The notes under the pieces were generated by a model. That model did not search any database, was not told the DNA's origin, and saw nothing but the letters and a program-made list of their open reading frames with translations. The position numbers were made by a program, and so were the translations under genes. A DNA stretch of 51,734 nucleotides, filler included, from Jimgerdemannia flammicorona (Eukaryota): NCBI GenBank assembly GCA_003990765.1. It is 2 parts of 2 records of this genome, joined end to end, with 100 filler letters (N's around TTAATTAATTAA, not from the genome) between each part and the next. Parts side by side here need not be neighbours in the genome. Positions count along the whole stretch, not along the records: positions 25,918 to 51,734 come from RBNJ01000787.1; 1 more part is not named here. One strand, given 5' to 3'. Below, one piece after another: positions 37,903-49,010 of this stretch (positions within the stretch are counted from its first letter, which is position 1; every line of letters starts with the position of its first letter).

Positions 37903-40207
37903 CTTCAAGTAAGGGTTTTATTCATTATAGAGAAGATAAGATACATCAGAACAACAAATAGCAAAGACTCCTAAGATGAGAAAAGCAAAACAAGGCCAGT
38001 GAAGTAGACACCTAGCTAAGAAGTACAAAATAAAGGCCAGAGAGGTGATCACCCTATAGATGGGCTGGATAAAACCATTTTGTCAGGGCCATCAAGATAA
38101 TAAATGTGAAAAAGCAAAGAAGAGAGAAACTAAAATAAAATATACAAATACTCAGTACTAACTATAGGAAGAATATCGATACCCAAACACCAAGAAACTA
38201 ATATGAGATAAATAACTCAATACACTCTCAACAATAAGAGAACCAACTGAGGTGAATAAGAGAAAAGAAGAAAATAAAGAAAATGTATAATCACTCAATT
38301 ACCCAAGCATCTTCATAATCTCAGTCAGGTAGAACCTGACCACAAGGTGGCCACCAGAATTATACATAGCATCAATAGCATAGTAGGCTGTCTCGTAAAG
38401 AGTTTGAAGAGGGTAGGCATAAAGTTCTCCTGCCATTTGTCATTGGTAAACCAATCAAGCTGTTCAGCATGATCAGGAACATCTCAGAAAGCAGAGTATG
38501 AACTATTGAGAAGACCGCACCTGAGTAGATGACCATGATGAAACTTATCTCCATAGAGGCAAGGGCAGAGTTGGCCAAAATAGCCATAATGCTAGGTAAG
38601 CGCAGAATGTACAAGTCAGGGGGGGAAGGAAAGGATATGGTCAGTACCTCTTGACTGTATGCGGCCTTTGGGGGTAATGTACCAAATGAGAACCTGGAAG
38701 AAAGAGGCCCATTCCTGGAGCAGCTGATTCTGAAGGAATGACTGAAGGAAGAAGCAGAGTAAGTGAGTCTTGCCAACCTAGAGACAAAGGTTCCAGTACC
38801 AGTAGAGGAAGTCAAGCCAAGAGGTCCAATACAAAACTTGTCAATAATAGAACCCAGGGGATACATGACAAAGCGCTCGCTAAGGAGACTGATGGGGTTA
38901 TTGTCAACTTGCTATACTAATCCAGGTGGGCTTAAAACATGCAGCAGAGGTCCGACATACAATAATGGAAGGAAGAGAGGCTGAGAATTGAACTGCCAAG
39001 CAGGAGATAGCTAGAAAATCTAACCACTCAAGCAACAGTATCATCAAAGATCTGCTCAGGATACTTCATCACCTGAAGCCCTGTAGTGGTTGCTAGGCAG
39101 GAGACTCATCGAAGGGAGAGGCCATACTCCAGCTAAGGACTGATGAAAGTACATATAATGGCCAGCTTGACCATTGGTGATCAGAGAGGACTACAAGCAT
39201 GGTAGAACCCAAGAGTACATTCTGCTTTTGCTACATTCTGCAATACAAGATCAACAAAGTCGAACCCTTTGTTAGTGTATAGTATACCTAGGTATACAAA
39301 GGAGGAGGGTTGTGGGTAGGGCTCACCACCAATCTGCACAGTACAGTCAGTAGGGCCAATATAACTGCACTTCTTGGGGTTGAGTTCTATGTCATTTACT
39401 AAGAGCTAATCCTCACAGTAGTCAATCATCCTCTGCCCTTCTACAGTAGTATAGGGAGTGAGAGTGTTATTGTCTGTGAAGAAGAGCCTGAGGGGGAAGT
39501 CATACTCCTTAAACTGTTCATCAAAGGAGATAGCAAGGGGATTGATAAAGACATCAAAGAGCTAGGGGGAGAGAAGAGAGCCCTGAAAAAGACTGTGCTC
39601 AGTAGGGACCAAAGGAGTGATGAGGCCATTAACAACTACTTAGTAAGAACAGTAAGTCATAAAAGAATGAGCCTGAGGGGGACTCTGTCATAAGCCTGCC
39701 AGGACATGGCAGCTCTATCTCTTAGCCCAAGTCTCATGTGAAAGCAAGATATGGGAAAGAGATGAGAAGTGGGTTCAGAAGTCACCTTGGCAGTGCAACA
39801 TTTCTGTCAGGCTACTTCAGCTCTTGACGTAACCTTCCAAATACTACTCGAAGAGTCTATGAAATATTTCGGTAAGAGCAATAGGACGAAATCTATTAAT
39901 TGTTTGTGATTCCTCCTTCTTAGGAACTAGAGTAATGATGATGGAGTTCCAGTAGCAGGAAGTGAGCCCACAAACCATACATATCTAGAAGAAAAAGAAC
40001 AGGGCTTTGGATAGGCTACAGGGGGTATCCTTTTTGCCTGCTATCACCTGAAGGACCCAGACATATAAGGAGTCAGCTCTACAGGCCTTTGAGAGAAGGT
40101 AGCTATGGATAGCTCTCCAAACTGTAGGTTGATCAAACTATGACTGCAGTCCAAGAGCTCACACACTGAGGGGGAAGACAGGCCTGGGGGCCTTGGCTTT
40201 GCTCTTT
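37903..40207 (-). mobile_element. Telomere-repeat-joined APE LINE, copy T2 (internally deleted, 5' truncated)
   Basis: Colinear with T1 33245-35587, then ~30 bp matching the ORF1 KKGKAK region. Confidence 0.88.
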
Positions 40208-40226
40208 TTAGGGTTAGGGTTAGGGT
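40208..40226 (+). repeat. (TTAGGG)3 junction between T2 and the Penelope-like element
   Basis: TTAGGGTTAGGGTTAGGGT seen directly. Confidence 0.93.
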
Positions 40227-40526
40227 GAAGATTGTGAGGTTTAAGCAAAGATTTATGAAAGAAATCAACAGAGTCGAGCAATAGCTATGTTAGATCATAG
40301 AAATCTTTGAACATCTCTTGTCAGACTTGCTATTGCTTAAATACCTTTCACTTGTCCGCTTTGGACTTAGTAATTGATTATTGTTTACACAATGTAATAC
40401 GAAATTAATTATGAATGAGAGTGAATTACTTCTCAGATTTCACAATCAGGTAGCTTTGATCCACTGATCAAATCACATTTTTCTTTTAAGATTAGGGTCG
40501 GGCATGTGCTACCGATTAGAATAAAA
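40217..40526 (-). repeat. PLE 3' direct repeat (pLTR)
   Basis: Aligns by eye with 43437-43791; the latter has an extra AT-rich insert. Confidence 0.9.
40277..40337 (-). ncRNA. Hammerhead ribozyme, mutated copy
   Basis: Core reads CTGACAA..CAAA; stem I AGCAATAGC/GCTATTGCT is intact. Confidence 0.6.
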
Positions 40527-40590
40527 CACACATTGTACAGTACAGGAAAAGGAAAGATACAGTGTGACATTTTATGACCAGTCATGTTTA

Positions 40591-42340
40591 TTATAGGGGT
40601 GATTTGCCTGCTATTGATAGCATCTTCTTGTTCTGCTTCTCAATTAGCTTCTTTAAGTTGAGACCATGATAAATAACTGGGCTGTACTTTACAAGACAGT
40701 GTTGAGACAGAGTATTCATCACTCTGGCAGCCAAAGATAGTGCACAATGATGGTAATAATTACCAGAATAATTGTGCATATGGTGTAACATTTATCTTAC
40801 CGAGCTTAGGGCCAGACTCTTCATTATTCGCACGAGAATCCTCCGAAAGCATATGGGAGCAGTCTTGATAAGATTCAAAACTCAAAAGATAAGCGATCTG
40901 ATTTGGTTTGAAGGTACATTGTACCAAAAACTGACAGAATTCAGAAATTGCTACTTCATAATTGTCATACTCTGATGAGTTCTGAATAAGGCAAGTATTC
41001 TCACCTCTAAGCCATCCATCAATATATGCTTGTGGATAATACATATCTGGCATAGAGTAAATATGAAGATTTATATCTTTATCATAGTTTCGGAACTGAA
41101 TTGACCGAGTCTTATCAGCTTTGAGCTTCACATATACTTTAAGATTGCAAAATATAACTTTGTCAGCTATATGTTGTGTGAAGTACAAACTAGAGCTCAT
41201 TGTTATAACATGTTTTGCAGCTTCATCGCCCTTATCCATAATGATAATGATGTCATCGATGAATCAGAAGTAAAGTTCCGGTAGAATCCCTTGATCATCA
41301 AGCCTTAGTTCATAAAAAGCCATAAAGAGATTTGCTACATTGGGTGCCAAAGGCATGCCCATTGCAATTCCTTGAATCTGTTGATAGATATGTCTGACGT
41401 ATTGAACAAATGCAAACTTAATCACAAAGTGCAATATCTTTATTTAATATCTGTAGATATGTTCTTTAGAGTAATCAAATCACATAAGAACTACAAATAT
41501 TTTCCATAGACACTCATCGATGTTAATGTTGGTATATATTGACTCAATGTCCGCTGCTAGTAATGTTACAGATCCAGAAAAAAACTTTCCTTCAACATGA
41601 TTAATTACATATTTGGAGTCGGAAGCTACCATTCGACACATAGAGATATATGGTTTCCAATAGGCATCTACAGCTCTCAAAGCATCGCTGGTAATCCAGC
41701 AGTGGTTCAGAGAGATAGGTCTTGACTTAACAGGATTTTTATAAAGTTTCGGTAAAATATAGAATTCTGGAATCTTACATTTCACAAGGGAAGCTTGCCA
41801 TGACTTCACCTGTTTGAGGGCCGAATGCGAGACATTTTTGTCAAGCTTTTTGGCTTCATCAATCAATAACATGAGAGATGTATTCGTCTCAGTAGAATTG
41901 AAAGATTTCTCAACAAACATTGACATGTCAGTGAGGTGACCCAACACTTGTGAGTTGTACCAGTCATAATCCATAAGTGTAAGACCAAGTCCTTTATCAG
42001 TTTTACAAACAATAAGGCAATTATTTCGCATAAAGTCATGTAGATGTTTGATGGTATGCAAGTAGCAGTTATGAGGATTTATTTTATTTGCTTTGCCAAA
42101 ATGGCGTACAAAATTACTCTCCACAACATGAAGACCAAAATCAGCTCGAGTAGTTAAGCCTTTGTCCCAGCCTTATTCTTTTGCCCCCACAAGGACTTCT
42201 TGACAGACAGATCACCAGCTTTGGCAGGCCTGTTCAATATCAAGACAAGTGTGAAAATTGAAGTTAAGATCTTTGTTTAACAGATCAATAATGTCACTTG
42301 GAATTTTGGAGATATGAGAAATATTATTCACAAAAACATT
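40591..42340 (-). pseudogene. Penelope-like reverse transcriptase
   Basis: VNNIS..LLNKDLNF, KTDKGLG, FYILPKLYK..RPI, DSKYVI, ADIESIYTNI, QIQGIAMG.PLAPNVANLFM, YF*FIDD, YDKDINLHIY..GWLRGE thumb region. Confidence 0.92.
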
Positions 42341-43336
42341 CTTATTGGAAATGTTATGGAAATGTACTGTTTCCCATCTTTTGAACCAGACTTCTCTGAT
42401 CCTCCTTTGCCTTTGGTCATAGTGTTTTTTGTCTTCTTCGGCAAGCCCTTTTTCAGGATCAGCTTCTTGTATAGCACAGCTGTTGCCGATACTTTTGATT
42501 TGGCCTTCCCCTTCACAGGGCCCATTACCTTTGGCTTATTCATCAGCTTTGCATTTTCCTTTATCTAAAGACAAGGGAACATGAGTATCAAGCCAGATAG
42601 AAAGTAATTTGATTGGCTTGAAAGCCTCATCAATGGGGACATACAGTGTAGTCACTCTTACTTTTTTCTCTGGGGCCAAAACAGCCTCAACATACATGTT
42701 GTGCAATTTGTTAGCAAATTCGCTAACAGTATACTCTAGGTATACTTTGGCAAGCTGATCATGCCTATCGTCCTCATGGAATACCAATAGCTTAGGTTCT
42801 AATTCTCCCCAAAGAGAGGTGACCAGGCTATTGAGTTCAGAGTCACACTCCTTCTAAACTTGTTATTTAGATGTAATGATAGCCACCTTAACTTCTAAGG
42901 CGATAACGTCATAGATATGCTTAATGGATCCCTTGGGAAGAGAGACATTTTTAACCAAGAAGTCATAATATTTTCCAGGGTCTTTCTTCTCTGCTGCCAC
43001 TGCAAGGTGAACTGCTTTCTTACAGCAATCAATCAAGATTACTGCCCATGCTGCATAGTGTTTGACATAGTCGACCAGGGGCAGTTCTTTTATCAGAACT
43101 GTGGAGGAGCCTTGACCACCAAAGGTTGGAGGGATGGGGACCACAAATGGGGTACTCTTGGGTGGTAGTCTATGAAATTCCTCATGAACCGCAGTATGAA
43201 CCATGGCTATTTCCTCAGCATACATCTCAGCATCTTCAACAATATCGTCGAGAGAAGCAAACTGAAGTACCAATTGGGCCACACAAGATAGACCTTCTGG
43301 CATATCAGAATTGATGCTAGGAGCATAAGACCTCAT
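42341..43336 (-). pseudogene. PLE upstream coding region (ORF1-like), unknown function
   Basis: The 212-aa and 83-aa ORFs share a frame broken by point stops; probable start MRSYAPS at 43336. Confidence 0.6.
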
Positions 43337-43436
43337 TGCTTGCTGTTGAGCAAGCAGGGTGGAGGTGAGGTCAGAGTGAGAGTTATTATCATTCGATATA
43401 TCATAAAGATAAGTTTTTTTATAAAAAGGTAATGAG

Positions 43437-43791
43437 GGGTTAGGGTGAAGATTGTGAGGTTTAAGCAAAGATTTGTGCAAGAAATTGACAGAGTCGAGCA
43501 ATAGCCATGTTAGATCACAGAAATCTTTCGAACATCTCTCATCAGACTTGCTATTACTTAAATATCTTTCACTTGTCTACTTCAGACTTAGTAATTAGTT
43601 ACTGTTTACACAATGTAATACAAAATTAATCATGAATAAGAGTGAATTACTTCTTGGGTTTCACAATTGGGTAGCTTTGATCTACTAATTAAATCATATT
43701 AAAATAAAATTTTAATTAAATTATAATTATATTACTGAGCAATTTTTCTTTTAAGATTAGAGTCAGGTGCATGCTACCGATTGGAATAAAA
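43437..43791 (-). repeat. PLE 5' direct repeat (pLTR)
   Basis: Direct repeat of 40217-40526 beginning GGGTTAGGGTGAAGATTGTGAGG. Confidence 0.9.
43497..43558 (-). ncRNA. Type I hammerhead ribozyme
   Basis: Minus strand: AATAGCAAGT CTGATGA GAGATGTTC GAAA GAT TTCTGTG ATC TA ACATGGCTATT. Intact core, short stem II, stem III, CUA cleavage triplet, stem I. Confidence 0.8.
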
Positions 43792-43830
43792 TTGTAATTG
43801 TATTACTGAGCAAATTTTCTTTTAAGATGA

Positions 43831-43850
43831 GGGTTAGGGTTAGGGTTAGG
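43831..43850 (+). repeat. Telomeric-repeat junction GGG(TTAGGG)2TTAGG (PLE/T3)
   Basis: Seen directly; followed by CTTCAAG. Confidence 0.93.
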
Positions 43851-44243
43851 CTTCAAGTAAGAATTTATTCATTGTAGAGAAGATAAGATACATCAGAGCA
43901 ACAAATGGCAAAGACTCCTAAGATAAGAAAAGCAAAACAAGGCCAGTGAAATAAATAACTAGCTAAGAAGTACAAAACAAAGGTCAGAGAGGTGACCACC
44001 CTGTGGACAGGCTGGATAAATCATTTTGTCATAGCCATAAAGATAATAAATGCGGAAAGCAAAGAAAAGAAATACTGAGATAAAATATGCATTCACCTGG
44101 TGCTAACTACAGAAACCATATTGATACCTGAACTCTAAATGACTAACGTGAGATGAATAACTCAATGCACTCTCAACAACAGGGGAATCAACCAAGGCGA
44201 ATGAGGGGAAGGAAAGATATAAAGAAAATGTGTGATCACTCAA

Positions 44244-47200
44244 TCACCCAAGCATCTTCGTAATCTCGGTCAGGCAAAACCTGACCACAAGGTGGCTACC
44301 AGAATTATACATAGCATCAATAGCATAGTAGGCTGTCTCGTAAAGAGTGTGAAGAGGGTAGGCACAAAGCTCTTTCTACCATTCATCACTAGTAAACCAA
44401 TCAAGTTATGCATCACAAACAGAAGTACCTCAGAATGCAGAATATGAACCGTCGAGAAGACCACATCTGAGAAGATGGCCACAATGAAACTTATCTCCAC
44501 AGGGATAGGAGTGGGGTTGACTAAAGTAGCCATAGTGCCAGGCAAGTGCAGAGTGCACAAGCTGGGGGAGAAAGGAGAGGACACGATTGGTACTCTGTGA
44601 CTACAAGTGGCCTTTGGGGGTAATGTACCAAATGAGAGCCTGAGAGGAGGAGGCCTATTTCTGCAATAGCGGATCCCAGAGAAATGACTGAAGGAAGGAG
44701 CAGAGTGGGTGAGTCATGCATTCTTGGGGACAAAGGTCCCAGTACAAGTCAAGGAAGTCAAGCCAAGAGGTCCAACACTGGAACTTGTCAATGATAGAAC
44801 CCAGGAGACACATAACAAAGTGCTCGCTAAGGGGGCTGATGGGGTTGTTGCCAGACTTGCTACACTAATCTAGATGGGCTTGTAACATGCAGCAGAGGTC
44901 CAACATATAGTGGAGAAAGGAGGAGAGGCCAAGAATCAAACTGCCAAGCAAGGGTTGGCTGGAAAATCCAACTGCTCAGGCGACAGTGTCATCAAAGACC
45001 TGCTTGGGACACTTCAACACCTGAAGCCCTATAGTAGTAGCTGGGCAGGAGGCTCATAGAAGGGGAAGACCATATTCCAGCTGTGGCCTAATAAATGTCC
45101 ATACAATACCCAGCTTGACCATTGGTGACCAGAGGGGTCCATGTGCATGGCAGAACCCAAGAGTTCATTCTGCCTTTGCCACATTCTGCAATGTGAGGCT
45201 GACAAAGTCAAACCCTTTATTGGTGTATGGCACTCCCAGGTATACATAAGAGGGGGCTCGCAGGCAGGGCTCACCCCCAATTTGTACAGTACAGTCAGCT
45301 GGGCCGATATAACCCTTCTTGGGGTTGAGTTCCATACCATTTACCAGAAGTCAGTCCTCGCAGAAGTCAATTATCCTCTGCCCCTCCGTGGTAGTGTGGG
45401 GGGTGAGGGTGATATTATCAGCAAAGAAGTGCCTGAGGGGGAAGTTATACTCCTTGAATTGTTCATCAAAGAAGGTAGCAAGGGGATCAATAAAGACATT
45501 AAAGTGCCAGGGGGAGAGAAGGGAGCCTTGGAAGAGGCCACACTCAGTGGGGACCGAAGGGATAACAAGAGCATTAACAATCACCTAATAGGAATAGTGA
45601 TTGAACAGGCTTCAAATAATGCTAAGGAGGGCTGCATCAGCTCCTCATGCCTCAAGTCGAGAAAGAATGAGCTTGAGGGGGACTTGGTCATATGCCTGCC
45701 AGAGGCCAAGAAAGACACAGTGGCCCTACCCCTTGGCTCATACATATCTCATGCAAGAGCAAGACATAGGAGAGAGATGAGAAGCAAGTTCGGAAGCCAT
45801 CTTGGTAGTGAGATATTTTAGTCAAGCTACTTTAGCTCTTGACATAACCTTCCAAACAACATTTGAAGAGTCTATGAAACATTTCGGTGAGAGTGATAGG
45901 GCAAAAACCATTGATGGTCTGGGATTCCTCCTTCTTAGGAACTGGGGTAATGATAGCAGAGTTCAGCAGCATGGGGTGAGCCCCCAAACCATGCATATCT
46001 GGAAGAAGAATGACAAGGCCTTCGAAAGGCTGCAAGGGGCATCCTTCTCACCTGCCATCACCTGAAGGATCCTGATGTACAAGGAGTCAACTTCACAGGT
46101 CTTAGAGAGGGGATAGATGTGGATGACCCTCCTAACTACAGGTTGGTCAAACCAACACTATAGCCCAAGAGCCCCCATGCTGAGAGAGAAGACATCCTCA
46201 GAGTCATCAAGGCGGAGGGAGGTATCAGGCTGGCCGAAGATAGTGGTGAAATGATCAACCACATTGTCAAACACCAAAACAGCAGGGGAGTGAGACTGGA
46301 GAGGAGCAGGAGGGGTGGAGTGGTATGCACACTTGAAACCACAGATAGCATCAGAGACCAAGGATACACTGCGAAGAAGGCCCTGCCATGGGAGCAGCAC
46401 TGCCCTGATCTCTTGTGTGTCATACAAGCCAAGAATATCCTCACAAACTGACTATAGACCAGAGGTCAAAAGAGCATTGAGAGAATCCACAAACTGCTGG
46501 CGATCCTCCACAGAGTGGAAGCCAGAGATGTGATTTTGAATAGAATAGATAGACCTGACAATGGTATCGCAAATGATATCTGCTGATTTCCAAAGGTGGG
46601 CTTGAATGACCAGATCGGTCAGGTATTTTGCAGAGTAATGGCGGATACTAGCCAGGGCAGCAACTGGCAAGGAGGAGAAGGGGAAGGAGATGGTGAGGAG
46701 GGAGGTGTGGTCAGTTGTGACAGGGGGAGTGGTACATGTGAGGGATGTATGGAGGGATGGAGTGGCAAATACATGATCAACATACATAGAACCAGCCACC
46801 GGGGTGAGGTGGTTCAATGATCATATCATCAGGGAGTTGTCGACGACATCTATCTGATCCTGAGGACCAGAGTTGATATCACCTAAGTGGTCACTGAAGT
46901 GAGTATTGATATCACTGATCAAAAGAACCTTACCTGGGAAAAGGCCAGATACAAGATCACGGAAACCACCAATGGGAAGAGAGGGAGAGGCATAAACCCC
47001 AATCAAAGCCAGGCCCTGGAACATGAGCTGGATATAGAAGGGGTCAGCGGAGGACCCAGAAATGAGGGGCGCGAAACAGTTTGACACAAGGACCATGAGA
47101 CCACCATTCTGGTGACCCATGATCCTGTGCAATACTGGAGGAGAGGACATGTGAATGAGCAGAGAGGGATGCAGTAGTATGTGCTACATTTCACATATGA

Positions 47201-47291
47201 AAAGAATGTCGAGGGTAGGACCAATCAACTGACTGAGTATATCAAACTTGTCCTGGAGTAGTCTGTGTGCATTGAGGAACCTGACTCTCAT
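44244..47291 (-). pseudogene. T3 ORF2: APE endonuclease, RT, C-terminal Cys/His motif (~1016 codons)
   Basis: MRVxFLNAHxL..DILFICE, GVYA, DIN, VDH, TDH; PVPKK..PITL, QGSLLSP, FFADN (FYADD in T1), YLG. Stop position conserved in all four copies. Confidence 0.9.
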
Positions 47292-48787
47292 TAGGGGCTG
47301 GGCATGTTAGTACCAATAGTGTGGGAAGCACCTGAGGAGGAAGCTTCGGCTTCCAAATCCATTACCATCTCACCAGTCATGGCCACAGTACCACCTGCCT
47401 TTGAAGCAGGGCCGGCCGATGGAGAGATGGAGGAGGGGAGAGTGAGGCCAAGTTCTGCGGCCCATGTCCTGTAGAAGGTCTATACCTCAGGCCTTCTTGC
47501 AGTAGCATCACCAGCCAACTGCTGGACCTGAGCATGGAATGATTGGAGTACTCATGTCTTCACGGCCTCTGTAGCATTCTTGTTGCATGGGAGAGTAGGG
47601 TCCCAGGCCAACAGCACTGAGAACCCAAGCACCTTCATCTTCTTTTGGAATGCTGTAACATAATCAGAGCAGAGAAGGAATTCGATGATTGATGCCGAGA
47701 CATACAACATTTTGAGAATCTTTGACAATATTACATGGATATCATAGAGGTTCTTCCGGATCTGCTTGATCTTAAGATGAGCAAATCCATCGATATAAAC
47801 ATACTGCAGCTGAGCGCCCTTCTCAGTCAGCAACAAATGAGAGGTCGGCTTGTGGGTCATGTGTGAAAGGGTGGCAGTGGCGGCTGCCCTTTCTGTCTCG
47901 GGGTAGACCTGAGTCCTATCCTTGATAGAAACCTTCTTGGTGGCAGTGGCATATGATTTGGGGGGGGTGGGGGTCAAAGCAGGGGATGAAGACAGACTGG
48001 CGGCACTGGGTCCCACAGGTGTAACCTGGGGCACTGGCTTGGAAACCTTGGCCTTACCCTTTTTAGGTGGCATGGCTTTGGTGGCCAGAGACATGGCCAT
48101 GGGAGTTACCACCTTTGGTAGTGCACCAGACTGTGATGCAGCAGCTTTAGCAGCCTGCTTGTCTGCTCGCTTCTGCACCTTCGACCACGTATTCATAGCA
48201 GGGCCAGTAGGAGGGGTGGCCGAGGACTTGAGAGGAGCAGATATAGAAGGGGTGGTGGGGGTACTTCCTGTAGGAGCACCAGATGATGAGGGGGAGGTGG
48301 GCACAGATTGTGCAGCAAGCTGTACCATCAGCTGGGTATTGATTTTGGCCAGATCAGCCACTTGAGTCAGCAGATCTGAGATCTGCTTCCTCATCACAGC
48401 CATCTCTGAGACCAAATCGGGGTCAGCTGAGGGGCCCACATGACCAGCTGTTGGGGTCATTCCCAAACTAGTGTTCGGACAACCACACTTGTTTCGGTTG
48501 AGGGGCAGAGGTATGGGAGAGAAGGACAGGCATTGGGCATCATAGTTTGAATCAGAAGAGATCATGATCTCTTTGTCATCTTCTGTATCGCGCAAGGAAG
48601 ATAAATATACCAATATCAGTCATGCATCCCTGCACAACCTGCACATTGCCATAAGACTACCCTCACTGAAGCTGAGGGAGAAGAGACTGATGCTGCAACA
48701 TTCAGCGCAGTGGAGTGATGCACCAAAGTGCGTGAAGAGATAGGTGGCATTGCCGTCATCACCAATGACAGTGGAGGTGGCTGACAT
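47288..48787 (-). pseudogene. T3 ORF1 (~500 codons): CxxC-x19-CxxC, coiled coil, P/S/T/A/K-rich linker, conserved C-terminal domain
   Basis: The 81-aa and 353-aa ORFs and their continuation lie in one frame broken by point stops; homologous to T1 37190-37852. Confidence 0.75.
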
Positions 48788-48889
48788 TGCTGAAATAGGT
48801 GAAGGTGTATTTGTTTGTATTTGTGAAATTGTGAAATGTGGCTCACATGACCTTTGTTTGTGCAATGAAAAAATAATGGAGAAGGGGGG

Positions 48890-48897
48890 TATTTATA
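48890..48897 (-). promoter_or_regulatory. TATA box upstream of T3 ORF1
   Basis: Minus strand GGTATAAATACCCCCC ~100 bp before the ORF1 ATG. Confidence 0.5.
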
Positions 48898-49000
48898 CCT
48901 GATGAGAGGCTTAGCTAATCAAAGTGACTGCTTTCTTGATTTGGAATAGCTTCAGGCCATAAAGCCAAGTCTAGCCAAATGGAAAAATCATATGAGTGGC

Positions 49001-49010
49001 TTGGGTTAGG
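49001..49010 (+). repeat. Telomeric-like junction TTGGGTTAGG (T3/T4)
   Basis: Directly before the CTTCAAG terminus of T4. Confidence 0.8.

Larger units (their letters stand above)
40217..43830 (-). mobile_element. Endonuclease-less Penelope-like element (Athena/Coprina-type) with direct terminal repeats
   Basis: PLE-type RT, upstream coding region, direct repeats at 40217-40526 and 43437-43791, hammerhead motif, no GIY-YIG seen. Confidence 0.88.
43851..49000 (-). mobile_element. Telomere-repeat-joined APE LINE, copy T3 (apparently full length, ~5.15 kb)
   Basis: 5' region, ORF1, ORF2, pyrimidine-rich 3' UTR ending AATAAATTCTTACTTGAAG-CCTAACCC; no poly(A). Confidence 0.9.

Noticed and set aside
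40591..42340. RT as host telomerase (TERT)
   Set aside because: It is too short, has PLE-type motifs and is flanked by direct repeats with a hammerhead.
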